Assembly: GCA_951406725.2 (NCBI GenBank)
Contig: OX597819.1
Span: forward strand, 61,442,001-61,506,000
Direction of reading: 5' to 3'
DNA from: Octopus vulgaris
Taxonomy: Eukaryota
Length of the DNA: 64,000 bases
A program made the translations under genes and the position numbers. Below are positions 12,684-25,618 of the stretch, piece after piece. Numbering within the stretch: position 1 is the stretch's first letter; each line of letters opens with the position of its first letter. Under the pieces are notes generated by a model that saw nothing but the letters and a program-made list of their open reading frames with translations, did no database searches and was not told where the DNA came from.

Positions 12684-13121
12684 TAGCGTTTCTCAATTAG
12701 GGTTCCCCGGAACCGTAGTGTTCCGCAAAAAGTGTTCCTAGGGTTCTGCGAGAAAAGGTGAGATAAGCTAATGCTAACTTAATGACCGTAATATTACTAT
12801 ACATGCACATTATATGTGTATATACATACGTTATACACACACACACACACACACCACCAACAAACACACACACACACATGCTTTCGATGCGAATGGTTTA
12901 TGAGACTATTTTCCTTAGTCATTGTATGGTGATCGCCATAAGTTTTAAACTTGTATAAAAATACCATATATATATATATACACGTGATATTTACCACGTG
13001 AACTACGATGAAAAAAATTATGATAAAGATATAGAATATAATTTTTTTTTGTACAGGGGTTTCTTGAGACATGTAATTTATTTTAAGGGTTACGCAAGTG
13101 AAAAAAGGTTGAGAAACCCTG
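12684..13121. mobile_element. hAT/Charlie-type MITE
   Basis: TIRs tagcgtttctcaa / ttgagaaaccctg. 8-bp TSD ctctggac (12676-12683) vs ccctggac (13122-13129). Confidence 0.75.
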
Positions 13122-13314
13122 CCCTGGACACAAAAATCCTCACTTGACCCCATATGTAGGATTCCAGTTATCTGTTGTGCCTGCACCAGGACGACCATCA
13201 GTTTGAAAAGAGGCGTTCGTGAAATAAATCAATCCTGTCTGTAGATTCGATGAAATTTTGAAAATAAAATGTATTTTAATAAACACTGACTTTATAATCA
13301 TTCGGTGTATTCTT

Positions 13315-13545
13315 TTATTCTTTTACTTGTTTCAGTCATTGACTGTGGTCATTCTGGAGCACCGTCTTTAGTCGAGCAAATCAACCCCAGGACAAATTCT
13401 TTGTAAGCCTAGTACTTATTCTATGGGCCTTTTGTCGAACCGCTAAGTTACGGGGACGTAAACACACCAGCATCGGTTGTCAAGCGATGTTGGGGGGACA
13501 AACACAGACACACAAACATACACAATGCATCTATCTCTCTCTCTC

Positions 13546-13609
<64 letters not shown>

Positions 13610-13792
13610 TGTATGTATATATATATGTATATGTGTATACATATACAACGGGGTTCTTCCAGTTTTCATCTACCAAATCCACTCACAAGGCTTTAGTCGG
13701 CACGAGGTCATGGGAGTAGACACATGCCCAAGGTGCCACACATTAGGACAAAACCCAGAACCATGTGGCTGTGAAGCAGGCTTATTACCACA
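13315..13792 (-). mobile_element. SINE family A, near full-length with compound microsatellite
   Basis: Family blocks around a (CT)n(TA)n tract. Confidence 0.8.
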
Positions 13793-13819
13793 TGTAATTA
13801 TACATTCATATCCATATAA

Positions 13820-14707
13820 ACATGTCTGTATGCGTGCGTATGTGTGTGCGTTTGTGTGTGCTAGCGTGTGTGTATCTGTGTGCGCCTATGTGTGTGTGTG
13901 TGCCTATGCGTATGTGTGTGTGTGTGCTTATGTGTGCGTGTGTGTGAGTGCCTATGCGTATGTGTGTGTGCCTATGTGTGTGCCTATGCCTGCGTGTGTG
14001 TGTGTGTGCGTGTATGTGTATGTGTGTGTGGTTCTGTATGTGCGTATGTGTGTGTGTTGGGTGTGTGTGTTCCTATGCGTGCGTGTGTGTGAGTGCCTAT
14101 GCGTGCATGTGTGTATATGTGTGTGTGTGTGTACCTATGCGTGCGTGTGTGTGTGCGTGTATGTGTATGTGTGTGTGGCTCTGTATGTGCGTATGTGTGT
14201 GTTGGTGTGTGTGTGCGTATGTGTGTGTGTATTATACAAAACCACCACAAAAAAGCGTTATACAGAACGTTATACAAAGCGATGCACTCTTTAACTAAGA
14301 AGTCATAAACACATGCAGAAATATTCTTTTGCTTCGAATATTTCTCACGAGACTTCCATGTATTTCTCGACCTCAAATCACTTTGATCAGTCAGTGTGTT
14401 TACGTCTTAAATGTTGATAACTATACCGGAACAAGGCCGATGTGTTATGCTGCAGCCTGGAGATACGACTCCACTTATGACAGGCTTCCGACCTGAATAG
14501 TTGGTTTCTGATAAAGAAATTTTTCACTAGTCATCGAAAAGGGACTGTGTGACGGCACTTGTATGTATGTATGTATGTATGTGTGTATGTATGTATGTAT
14601 GTATGTATGTATGTGTGTGTATGTATGTATGTATGTATGTATGTATGTATGTATGTATGTATGTATGTATGCATGTATGTATGTATGTAAGTACGTATGT
14701 ATGTATG

Positions 14708-14741
<34 letters not shown>

Positions 14742-15505
14742 TGTATGTATGTATGTATGTATGTATGTATGTATGTATGTATGTATGTATGTGTGTGCGT
14801 GTGTGTGTGCATGTATGTATGTTTGTATGTGTGTGTATATGTATGTATGTGTATGTATGTATGTATGTATGTATGTATGTGTGTATGTATGTGTGTATGT
14901 ATGAACGTATGTATGTATGTATATATGTGTGTATATGTATGTATGTATGTATGTATGTAGGTATGTATGTGTGTGTGTAAATACGTATCTATGTATGTGT
15001 GTATGTATGTATGCGTGTGTGTATGCATGTATGTATGTGTGTATATGTATGTATGTATGTATGTAGGTATGTAGGCATGTATGTGTGTGTGCGTGTGTGT
15101 GTATGTATGTATGTATGTATGTATGTGCGTATGTATGTATGCATGCATGCATGCACGTATGTATGTGTATGTATGTGTGTATGCATATATGTGCGTACAT
15201 ACGTTCGTACGCACTTATATATGTATGTTTTATTTCAAAATTTCTTGCCAAGAGAGAAAGAGCCGGTTTCTAACCTAGATCCAAGGCTCCTTCGATGGAG
15301 TTTCAACAAGATCAACAGGGTATGTATGTATGCATGCATGTATGTATGCATGTATGTGTGTGCGTGTGTGTGTATGTATGTATGTATGTATGCATGTATG
15401 TGTGTGTGTGTGCGTGTGTGTGTATGTATGTATGTATGTATGTATGTATGTATGTATGTATGCATGTATGTGTGTGTGCATGTGTGTATATATGTATGTA
15501 TGTAT
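13820..15505. repeat. Compound (TG)n/(TATG)n microsatellite region
   Basis: Direct inspection; short non-repeat islands at ~14230-14560 and ~15230-15320. Confidence 0.9.
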
Positions 15506-15507
15506 AG

Positions 15508-17795
15508 GACAAACAAAAGAAACCTCAGGTAATTAAGATAATCAATCTCTCAAACAAAGAACTTACACCTAACGAAATAAGCATACTCTCCAAAGGACTT
15601 AAATTTACACCTATCCCACAACGTTCTAATTACTATGAAATGAAAGATGATATTTCGGAATTTTGCAGAAAACTAAGACTCACCAAGGCATTTCAAGACA
15701 AACAAATAGAGGAGGACTCAATAGCTAGAAACAAGAGCAATTACACCCCCACCAAGGGAAAGAATAAAGCCTTAGACCGCTATTGTGACTACATAACTAA
15801 TTTCCCGTTTCAATTCATCAAGAAACAAAAACACAGCCCTAACTTCAACAAAAGAGAATGGAACGACCTCATCAAACTAAGAGAAGACAAAACAATAACA
15901 ATTAAGGAGGCAGATAAGGGCAACGCGATAGTAATAATGAATACAAACGATTATAAAAATTTAGTGCTATCCCTATTAAGAGAGGAAACGTATTATGAAA
16001 GGGCCCAACAGTATAACCAGCAAAAAATAATGCATAACCTTAGGACATTAATCAACACATACCAAGAAAGACTCACGAACAAGGAGTATGAATACATCAC
16101 TAACTTCAAATGCAAATCGAGTTTGTTCTATGGTATCCCTAAGGTACACAAAAGCCAAACCATTAGAGAAACGTGCAAAACATCCACCGACACACTCATC
16201 AAAATCCCTTCACCAAATGATCTTAAACTAAGACCGATAATAGCAGGGCCAGCATGTGAAACTCACCGCCTCAGCAATTTCTTAGACACACTTCTTAAAC
16301 CTTTCCTAAAACACATCAAAAGCTACGTAAGAGACGATATAGATATGCTCAACCACCTCCCTAAAACAGTCAATGAGAAAACCCTTCTAGTATCATTCGA
16401 CGTAGTTAATCTTTATTCTAACATCCCTCACAACCTAGGAATAGAAGCGATCACCTTCTGGCTGAATAACTAGCCCTTTGAACTCCCAACTCGCATAAAC
16501 AAAGACCTTATAATAGAAGGACTTAGATTCATTTTAGAGAACAATTATTTTATTTTTGACAATGATTTCTACAGGCAAAGATCGGGAACAGCGATGGGCA
16601 CGCGTACTGCACCATCTTTTACCAACCTAGTGATGGGATACCTCGAGAAAATACTATACCGGATAACACTCGAGAAATATGGAAACACCTTCGCCACCTA
16701 TATCCATAACAACTGGAAAAGATACCTCGATGACTGTTTCATCATCTGGGACAAAGGTATAGAGAAACTTGAGGAATTTAAAATACTATTAAATGGAATA
16801 AATGACAATATACAATTCACGATGGACCACAACGAAAAAGAATTACCATTTTTAGACATCCTCATTAAGAAACCGGCAACAAAATAGAGACAGATATCTA
16901 CTATAAACCGACAGACTCTAAACAGTACCTACCCTTTGATTCATGCCACCCACGACACACTAGAATGAATGTCCCTTTTTGTTTAGCTAGAAGGATTTGC
17001 ACCATAATATCAGACACAAACACCCGACACACACGTCTCCAGGAACTTAGAACCACACTCACAAATAGAAACTATCCACAGCCCCTAATAGACAGTGCAA
17101 TGCAACGGGTACTTAAATTAAGTATAGAAGACCTGAGACAAACAAAACCAAAAAAGAAAGAACAATTAAAAACCCTTCCCTACATCTCTACACACAACCC
17201 ACTCAACAATGAGGCCTTCAACACCATACTACAAAGCACAGCCCTACTAAAGGGAGACCCAAAGATGAACCGGATCCTCGAAACACACACCATCATTAAA
17301 AGTAAACGGCAACCAAAATCCTTGAAAAGGATTTTAACCCAAGCTACACTGCACTCAACATCAACCACAAAACCAGCAGTTAGAAAATGTGGAAGGCCCA
17401 ACTGCGGAATCTGTGTCATCTTGAAAGAAGGATCAGAATTTATACTGGAACAAGGCCACCAGTTCACCATTAGAACAAACTTCACCTGCGCATCAGAAAA
17501 CTTAATTTACGTCATAACATGCGCAGGCTGCAATAGGCAGTATATATGCCATACAAAAAATAGCTTACGTAACAGGATGGCGGTGCATAAATCACAAATT
17601 AGAAACCCTGATTACCGCAAAATACCGGTCAGCGGACACATAGATAGATGTGCTGGAAATGTAAATCCGAAATTTACAACTAACCCGCTCTATAAATTCA
17701 GTGACAACGCAACCTTCACACAACGCCAAAATAAAGAACTATATTTCATAAAAAAATTTAGACCAAGTTTAAACACCCTGGGCCAGGAATACTAA
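15508..17795 (+). pseudogene. Disrupted Penelope-like RT-GIY-YIG ORF
   Basis: One reading frame broken by TAG at 16471-16473 and a frameshift near 16872 (LIKK / TGNKIETDIYYKP). The YIG motif reads YIC. Confidence 0.88.
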
Positions 17796-17965
17796 AACAA
17801 AAGATAAGTCCTCCGAAAAGGAGAAGCAAAATTCCACCACGGCCGCTACCTTAAACAGACACTCGCACTGACAGAAATATGCCTTAGTAAAAAAGGGAAA
17901 AAAATTCTTTCGTGCAAATCTGACCCTGATACATACGATACAGCTAAGGGTCAGACCCGATTCTG

Positions 17966-18336
17966 ATTGGTCAACAAGTTGATGACGTCTAGTTCTGCTA
18001 GAATGGACAGGATACAAACAGGGGACAGTCATTAGTCAGAATATTGATGACGTCCTTTTCTGCTTGACTAGTCACCTAACAAGTACAGACAGGGGGCAGA
18101 TCTAATGTAGCTATAAGTCGTGATTGGGCAGAATCTGGATGACGTCCCGTTCTGCTTGACTAACGAAGCGACTGGTCAAAACAGGAAACAGACAAGAGGC
18201 AGTTATAATACAGCGATTGGTCAAAATGATGATGACGTCCCGTTCTGCTTGACTAAAGCCACCTAACGAAACGATTGGTCAAAACGTTGATGACGTCACG
18301 CTACGCTGGACTGACCACCTAACAGGCATTATAAAA
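17966..18336 (+). promoter_or_regulatory. Candidate pLTR promoter: five ATTGG-N10-GATGACGTC (CCAAT + CRE-like) modules followed by TATAAAA
   Basis: ATTGG (once ATTAG) at 17966, 18031, 18123, 18216, 18274, each starting exactly 15 nt before GATGACGTC. Perfect TGACGTCA at 18291; TATAAAA at 18330. Confidence 0.6.
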
Positions 18337-18647
18337 CCGAGCAATTCACAAGACTCACTAGAACCACCCAGCGAACACCCACCATGGGTCATCACAATTG
18401 CTTAAGGTAAAAATGAATTCCTCGCTCTTTCGGAAACATCAATCTTCTGTATTGACTGCTTTCCACCACTTTGATCTGTTTTTTGTATTGAATACGTATC
18501 GCCACCGTGGGCCACTGCATCGAACACTTTGAACATATAGCATGAATGAACTTACTTCAAACTATATATCAACTATACATGAACTCTAAGATGTCTGACT
18601 TCTTGTGTTTGACGGCATGAGCTGTCTTTTTTTATATATAACTTTTT

Positions 18648-18682
18648 TTGATAAGGTTCATTTCAGGAACTGAAACATGTTA
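18648..18682 (+). ncRNA. Degenerate hammerhead motif at the Penelope 3' end
   Basis: TTGATAA-GGTTC-atttcag-GAACT-GAAAC-AT-GTT. Core is mutated; the position fits known pLTR hammerheads. Confidence 0.4.
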
Positions 18683-18925
18683 TAATGTATATATAAAAAT
18701 TAAAAATTGTATAATATAGCAGCATTTTCGAACTTCATTTTTTACAAATATATATATATATATAGAAATTTATTAATCAGTCGAAATTGCGAGGATGATC
18801 CGATTCTTGACTGAAGATAAAAGGCTTCGAATGACACGTCCATTTTTTTTTCTTTTGTATCGTCTATCTGGATGTTTTGCGTTCTTGTCCCATTTTGTAT
18901 TTTATTTGATATATATATATATATT

Positions 18926-19859
<934 letters not shown>

Positions 19860-19955
19860 TATAATATTAATTCGAGACAAAACCACTATTTTGCAAAACA
19901 AACAAGGAAAGACTTAATCAATACATAAAAATTTTTAATATAAAGAAATAAACCG

Positions 19956-19998
19956 CCACTACAATCGTTTCATGTCTTCAATGACATTCGTCAGGTGG
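19956..19998 (-). ncRNA. Type I minimal hammerhead ribozyme (left arm of palindrome)
   Basis: Exact reverse complement of 20067-20109. Confidence 0.8.
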
Positions 19999-20066
19999 AT
20001 TTTCGATCTCCTAATCTGTTTTAATTTATGAAGTCATAAATTAAAACAGATTAGGAGATCGAAAAT

Positions 20067-20109
20067 CCACCTGACGAATGTCATTGAAGACATGAAACGA
20101 TTGTAGTGG
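20067..20109 (+). ncRNA. Type I minimal hammerhead ribozyme (right arm of palindrome)
   Basis: CCAC-CTGACGA-ATGTC-attgaa-GACAT-GAAAC-gatt-GTA-GTGG: canonical core, perfect 5-bp stem II, stem I CCAC/GTGG, GUA triplet. Confidence 0.8.
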
Positions 20110-20289
20110 CGGTTTATTTCAATAAATTAAAAATTTTTATGTATTGATTAAGTCTTTCCTTGTTTGTTTTGCAAAATAGTGGTTTTGTCTCGAATTAATA
20201 TTATATAATATTTTACTATAAAATTGGATTTAATCCTAAATCTGATTTTTTTCCCTGTAAATTTGGATTTATTCCCTAATATTTATTAT

Positions 20290-20360
<71 letters not shown>

Positions 20361-20551
20361 CTATGTATGCGTTCCTGTTCTTATGAATACATGTATAGAG
20401 AATAGAACAGAAGAAAGAAGCGCGTTACACGCATTGAAAATTTTCGTGATGATGTAAGACGGAAGGTAAACAATAGAAGAAAACAAGAGTCTAAATATTG
20501 AAGTAAGCAATTTACAAGGAAAATGAGAATCAAGCATTTATTTCTCTTCAA

Positions 20552-20785
20552 CTCTCTGTCTGTCTGTCTGTCTGTCTGTCTCTTTCTCTCTCTCTCTCTC
20601 TCTCATACCTCTGTCTCTGTCTGTCTATCTGTCTCCATCTGACTCTCTGTCTTTGTCCGTCTGTCTGTCTCTTTCTGTCTGCCTCTCTCTTTCTGTCTGT
20701 CTCTGTCTGTCTATCTGTCTCCATCTGACTCTCTGTCTTTGTCCGTCTGTCTGTCTCTTTCTGTCTGCCTCTCTCTTTCTGTCTG

Positions 20786-20816
<31 letters not shown>

Positions 20817-21137
20817 GTCTGTCTGATTGTCTATCTCTATCTGTCTGTCTCTTTCTGTCTCTGTCTATCTCTGTCTGATTGTCTGTCTGATTGTCTCTGT
20901 CTGTCTGTCTCTGTATATGTCTGACTGTCTATCTGTCTGTCTCTGTCTCTGTCTCTCTCTGTCTGTGTCTCTTTGTCTGTCTCTCTGTCTACCCCTCTGT
21001 CTGTCTGTCTGTGTCTCTCTCTGTCTGTCTCTCTCTGTCTATGTATGTCTGTGTCTGTGTCTGTCTCTGTCTGTGTCTGATTTTGTCAGTCTCTCTCTCT
21101 CTCTATCTCCCTCTCTCTCCCTTTCTATCTCTCTCTC

Positions 21138-21180
<43 letters not shown>

Positions 21181-21190
21181 TTCTCACTCT
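20552..21190. repeat. (TCTG)n/(TC)n degenerate microsatellite
   Basis: Direct inspection. Confidence 0.9.
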
Positions 21191-21365
21191 CCATCTGGCG
21201 AAGTATCAGCCCTAAAACATAAAACACACTCCACAAACCAAGGAAATTCTATAAACACAATCGGCATCACTTCTTTCCTTCGTTTAGATTGGGAACTTAA
21301 TTTCAGGTTGAGTAAAAGACGGTAGGTTTGTTGTTCTTCCATTTGGTTTTTCTTTATTTTCGCAG

Positions 21366-21535
21366 CCACAACCTCGGTCATGAAGTACAGACCTGGAAAC
21401 AAGACAACCAGTTTGCTGGTGTCCTCAGCGAGAAAGATAAGGCACGAATACCTAGTCAAGTGTGATAAACTATTCAATAGGTCAATAAGATCAGGGCACA
21501 AATTTTCTCAACATCTGGGAAATAAAATAAATTGA
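21366..21535 (+). CDS. Possible additional or alternative terminal exon
   Basis: Strong acceptor tttctttattttcgcag. Open in phase 1 (TTSVMKYRPGNKTTSLLVSSARK...NKIN*), with clustered AATAAA nearby. No recognisable homology. Confidence 0.25.
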
Positions 21536-22255
21536 ATTTGTTATAAATTTAAAGAATAAATTAAAAGATATTAATACTTCTCTCTGTAGAAATTTATTCA
21601 TACAGATAGTCATCGTCGTCATTTTTTTTATATTGCGTCATAAAAGATTTCTATAAACCTCAGCCAAGCCACATAATAATGCAAGGGAGAAAATTCTCGG
21701 CCAGAGTTATCTCCCTTGAAACTTTTGTTCCCATTGCGTTTATGTACACAAGATGTGTGCGTATTAATAGATTTTGTGAGGAAGTAATTTCGTCTAAGTA
21801 TATATTTATGGCTCTTGTGAGTTATACCGGTGTTCTTCCGTGAAATGATTCAGCCCCGTTGCTGTTCAGCACGATGTGAATAATTTGATTTCCCAGGACA
21901 AGGGTATCGATTTATTGAGAGGGATGTGGAAGATTTAGATTTTATGATGAGGCGCAGGCATGGTTGTGTGGTAAGAAGCTTACTTCCCAACAACATAGTT
22001 CTGGTTTCAGTCCCACAAAAGTCTTGTGAGTGGATTCGGTAGACGGAAACTGAAAGAAGCCCGTCATACATACATACATACATACATACATACATACATA
22101 CATACATACATACATACATACATACATGCATACATACATACAGACACACATACATACACACACACATACATACACACACACATATACACACACACATACA
22201 TACACACACACACATCATACACACACACACATACATACATACATACATACATACA

Positions 22256-22346
<91 letters not shown>

Positions 22347-22520
22347 AAAGTTTACGAAAAAAACAAAAGACGAAGACAGGTGGTGTACAAAACAAACAGA
22401 TGTATTAGTATAACGCTCAGGAATAGAAAAATTATAGAACGAAGTTCGACAAATTGAATCATATTTTTAATAAATGGAGGAGATTAGATGTTAACATGGG
22501 ATAAAATATTTATTCAGTTC

Positions 22521-22598
22521 GCTAGACGATCGTTTCACACAGAAAGACAATAAATTCATTTTAAGAATATGGGTTGTCAAAGACTACTCATCAGTAGC
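22521..22598 (-). ncRNA. Type I hammerhead ribozyme motif with long stem II
   Basis: Minus strand: GCTA-CTGATGA-[~50 nt including GACAA/TTGTC pairing]-GAAAC-GATC-GTC-TAGC; palindromic stem III ACGATCGT, GUC triplet. Confidence 0.7.
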
Positions 22599-23034
22599 AC
22601 AATCAGAAAAAATAACTTAATAAAGAAAAAGGTGAACTTGAGAATTATATGGGTATTGTGTTCTTATTCATTTTTAATGCGTAGTTGTTCTAGGAGTCAT
22701 GTCTATTTTAAACACAACAAACGGGTAACGGTGAGGTGGTGATATATATATAACATAGAAATATAGGTAACTTTCTCCCTATAGATTAGTATAAATGAGC
22801 TAGTTTTAAACTCCATATAAGAAGTAAAAAGTAAGTGGGGTTGAAAATCGAATAAGGGAGTATGGAATTTTTAAATACAGGAGACTGAAATTTATATTTG
22901 ACCGTTAATAATCATTTCGGCCTTTTTATAAATTAGAAAAAAATGTTTAAGAGTCCTCATAAATGGTTGGTGGTAAATAAACTTTATAATAGAATATCGG
23001 AGTAATTGTCACATATTTCAACTGCAGTTACACG

Positions 23035-24030
23035 GTAGATAAAAAATCTGCATAAAGATCTTCATATGCATATGTACAAAATTCAACTCACGCAGCATTT
23101 TATTTCTTAACTACCCAGAAGGGGCTAAACACAGAGAGGACACACAAGGATAGACACAGGGTTTAAGTCGATTATATCGACCCCAGTGTGTAACTGGTAC
23201 TTATTTAATCGACCCCGAAAGGATGAAAGGCAAAGTCGACCTCGGCGGAATTTGAACTCAGACGAAATACCTATTTCTTTACTACTTTCTTTACTACCCA
23301 CAAGGGGCTAAACACAGAGAGAACAAACAAGGACAGACAAATGGATTAAGTCGATTACATCGACCCCAGTGCGTAACTGGTACTTATTTAATCGACCCCA
23401 AAAGGATGAAAGGCAAAGTCGACCTCGGTGGAATTTGAACTCAGAACGTAGCGGCAGACGAAATACCTATTTCTTTACTATCCACAAGGGGTTAAACACA
23501 GAGAGGACTAACAAGGACAGACACACGGATTAAGTCGATTACATCGACTCCAGTGCTTAACTGGTACTTAATTTATCGACCACGATAGGATGTAAGGCAA
23601 AGTTGACCTCAGCGGAATTTGAACTCAGAACATAACGGCAGATGAAATACCGCTAAGCATTTCGCCCGGCGCGCTAACGATTCTGCCAGCTCGCCGCCTT
23701 TTCACGCAGCATCTTCAGCCACCTGACCATGAGAGGCGGAAGAAATTTGCTGACTGGGCTGTGGAGAGACTTGCAACTGACGAAAATTTTACAAAGAAAA
23801 TCATCTTCAGTGACGAGATCCACTTCCTCGTCAATAAACAACTGCAAGATTTGGGGAAAAGAAAATCCTCAAATAGTGCAAGAGCGTGAAATGCAACCAC
23901 TGAAAGCAATTGTGTGGTTTTTGGGCAGGTGGAGTGCTTGGACCGTTCTTCTTTGAAAATGATGAGGGGAATGCAGTTACCGTTAATGGAGAACGTTAAC
24001 GAGACATGATATCCACTCAGTTATGCCCAA
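23035..24030 (+). mobile_element. Tc1/mariner-superfamily transposase remnant split by a SINE multimer
   Basis: LHKDLHMHMYKIQLTQH / LQPPDHERRKKFADW...KKIIFSDEIHF..NCKIWGKENP...GPFFFENDEGNAVTVNGER, with frameshifts. Confidence 0.8.
23099..23701 (-). mobile_element. SINE family B trimer with 11-bp TSD
   Basis: Three ~180-bp bodies and one head, flanked by tcacgcagcat at 23088-23098 and 23702-23712. Confidence 0.9.
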
Positions 24031-24039
24031 AAGTTCTTC

Positions 24040-24885
24040 CGAACAGACTGTTTAACTCGTTATCGTCAACGCCAAGAGTTTCCTCAAGAAAGTCGTCACA
24101 TTTTTCCTCCACTAATCCTCTATAGAACGCTAGAGTGGAACTACTACAGATCGCATTGCCTGCTTGGTGGAGGGCAGTGACAGCTTAACGGCACTCAAGG
24201 TACCAAGCGCCCTTTCTCGGTCTGTGTTTGACCCAAGATTGCAGCTCTGTCAAAGAGACGCGGTGCGGAAAGTCGTGTCTGACGAACGGCGACCACACCT
24301 GCTCACCGTCCAGGAAACGCTTGAGATGCCGTTGCCTGAGCGCATATCTGCGCATCAGCAACCACTGCTTGTCAAGGCCTCCGTTCAGCGGCTGCTGACA
24401 GCAGATGGAGCGCCTGAGCAGTGGTACCTGACCCTTCCACAGAAAGTCGAAGAGCAAGCGCACCAGCTTGACCAACCAGCTGTCGGGACAAGGGACGACA
24501 GTCAATCGGTAATGGATGACTGATGTGATGTATGCATTCGCCACCTCCTCTCGACCTTTCAGGGACAGCTTTCTCTCGGCCCATTTCTGGGTGAGATTAG
24601 CCACCCTGCTCTTACTTCGTCCCAGTTTTTCCCACCTGGAGGTCCGGAGCGAACCAGACCCCGAGCAGTTTAAAGAGACCGTCTCTTCAGCGCTCTATGA
24701 CGCTGTTGGACGGCATGGACTTGCTCCTCCAGGTACCCAGTTGCAAGCCCAGTGACTTTTCCGCGTTAGTTTTCGCACCTGTCATCGTTTCGTACTCGTT
24801 TAGCGTCAGCCAATCAGGTCGATGTGCTTGTGGCTCGACACCATCATGGTGACGTCGTCGGCATAGACAGACACGCTCTTTCCAC
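24040..24885 (-). mobile_element. L1/Tx1-clade LINE RT fragment
   Basis: Minus strand VSVYADDVT (RT catalytic motif), KTNAEKS, W..RKLSLKGR..VAN, FDFLWKG, GGL. Confidence 0.8.
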
Positions 24886-25016
24886 ATCAATTTATTGACC
24901 GCAAAAGGACTAAAGGCAAAATCCATCTCGGTGGATGTGAACTCAAAACGTAGCGACGGGCGAAATGCCGCTAAGCATTTTGCCCAGCGTGCTAACAATT
25001 CTGCTAGCTCGCCGCC

Positions 25017-25138
<122 letters not shown>

Positions 25139-25154
25139 AAGAAGAAGAATTTGT

Positions 25155-25481
25155 GACCCCCTTCTGTCATGAATGACCATAGAATTGCACCTAGAATGTT
25201 ACCCTCCGAGGCACAAGTCCGGGCAAGGTGTTTATGGAAGACCAGCAGTCGTCTATGCAAACCAACCCCTACCTCTCCACGCCACCGATGTTATCTATGG
25301 GAAAGGCAAAGGGGCCGATACAACTTGGTACCAGTGACGTTGCAACTCAATTCTACAGCTGAGTGAACTGGAGCAACGTAAAATAAAGTGTCTTGCTCAA
25401 GAACACAACACACAGCCCGGTTCGGGAATCGAACTCATAACCTCGCTATCGTAACCTCACCACTGAGCCATGCGCCTTCAC
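25155..25481 (-). mobile_element. tRNA-derived SINE family C (second copy 52370-52697)
   Basis: Head gtgaaggcgcatggctcagtgg...gagttcgattccc and block cttgagcaagacactttattt. Confidence 0.75.
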
Positions 25482-25486
25482 TAATA

Positions 25487-25533
<47 letters not shown>

Positions 25534-25537
25534 AACG

Positions 25538-25616
<79 letters not shown>

Positions 25617-25618
<2 letters not shown>

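Larger units (their letters stand above)
15506..18745 (+). mobile_element. Penelope-like retroelement (RT + C-terminal GIY-YIG endonuclease with CxxC/HH zinc motif; Neptune/Naiad-like), 5'-truncated
   Basis: N-terminal IINLSNKELT..E.SILSKGLKFTP; RT motifs KEADKG, YGIPKVHK, LRPII, LVSFDVVNLYSNIP, GTAMG, WKRYLDDCF; thumb TDIYYKPTDS..HP; linker CGRPNCGIC; endonuclease NLIYVITCAGCNRQYI..T...RM..H. Flanked by (TATG)n and (TA)n. Confidence 0.92.
19858..20207. repeat. Near-perfect ~350-bp palindrome between (TA)n tracts, hammerhead-bearing
   Basis: Axis at 20032/20033 (tttatga-ag-tcataaa). Arms match apart from a short AT-rich patch. Confidence 0.9.

Noticed and set aside
14340-14560. Minus-strand KCRH-ending Penelope fragment with a CTGATCA hammerhead-like box
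   Set aside because: Only a four-residue match, and no consistent stems could be built.
13605-15536. Long HTYI/MYVC/CV-rich ORFs (also at 22 kb, 30-31 kb, 53-55 kb)
   Set aside because: Stop-free frames of (TATG)n, (TG)n, (TA)n and (ATCT)n microsatellites.
16471-16473. In-frame stop in the Penelope ORF as selenocysteine recoding (Naiad-type)
   Set aside because: The codon is TAG, not TGA; I found no convincing SECIS; a separate frameshift indicates decay.
17960-18320. CRISPR-like repeat-spacer array
   Set aside because: Eukaryotic context, degenerate repeats, irregular and related spacers, no cas genes; better explained as promoter modules.
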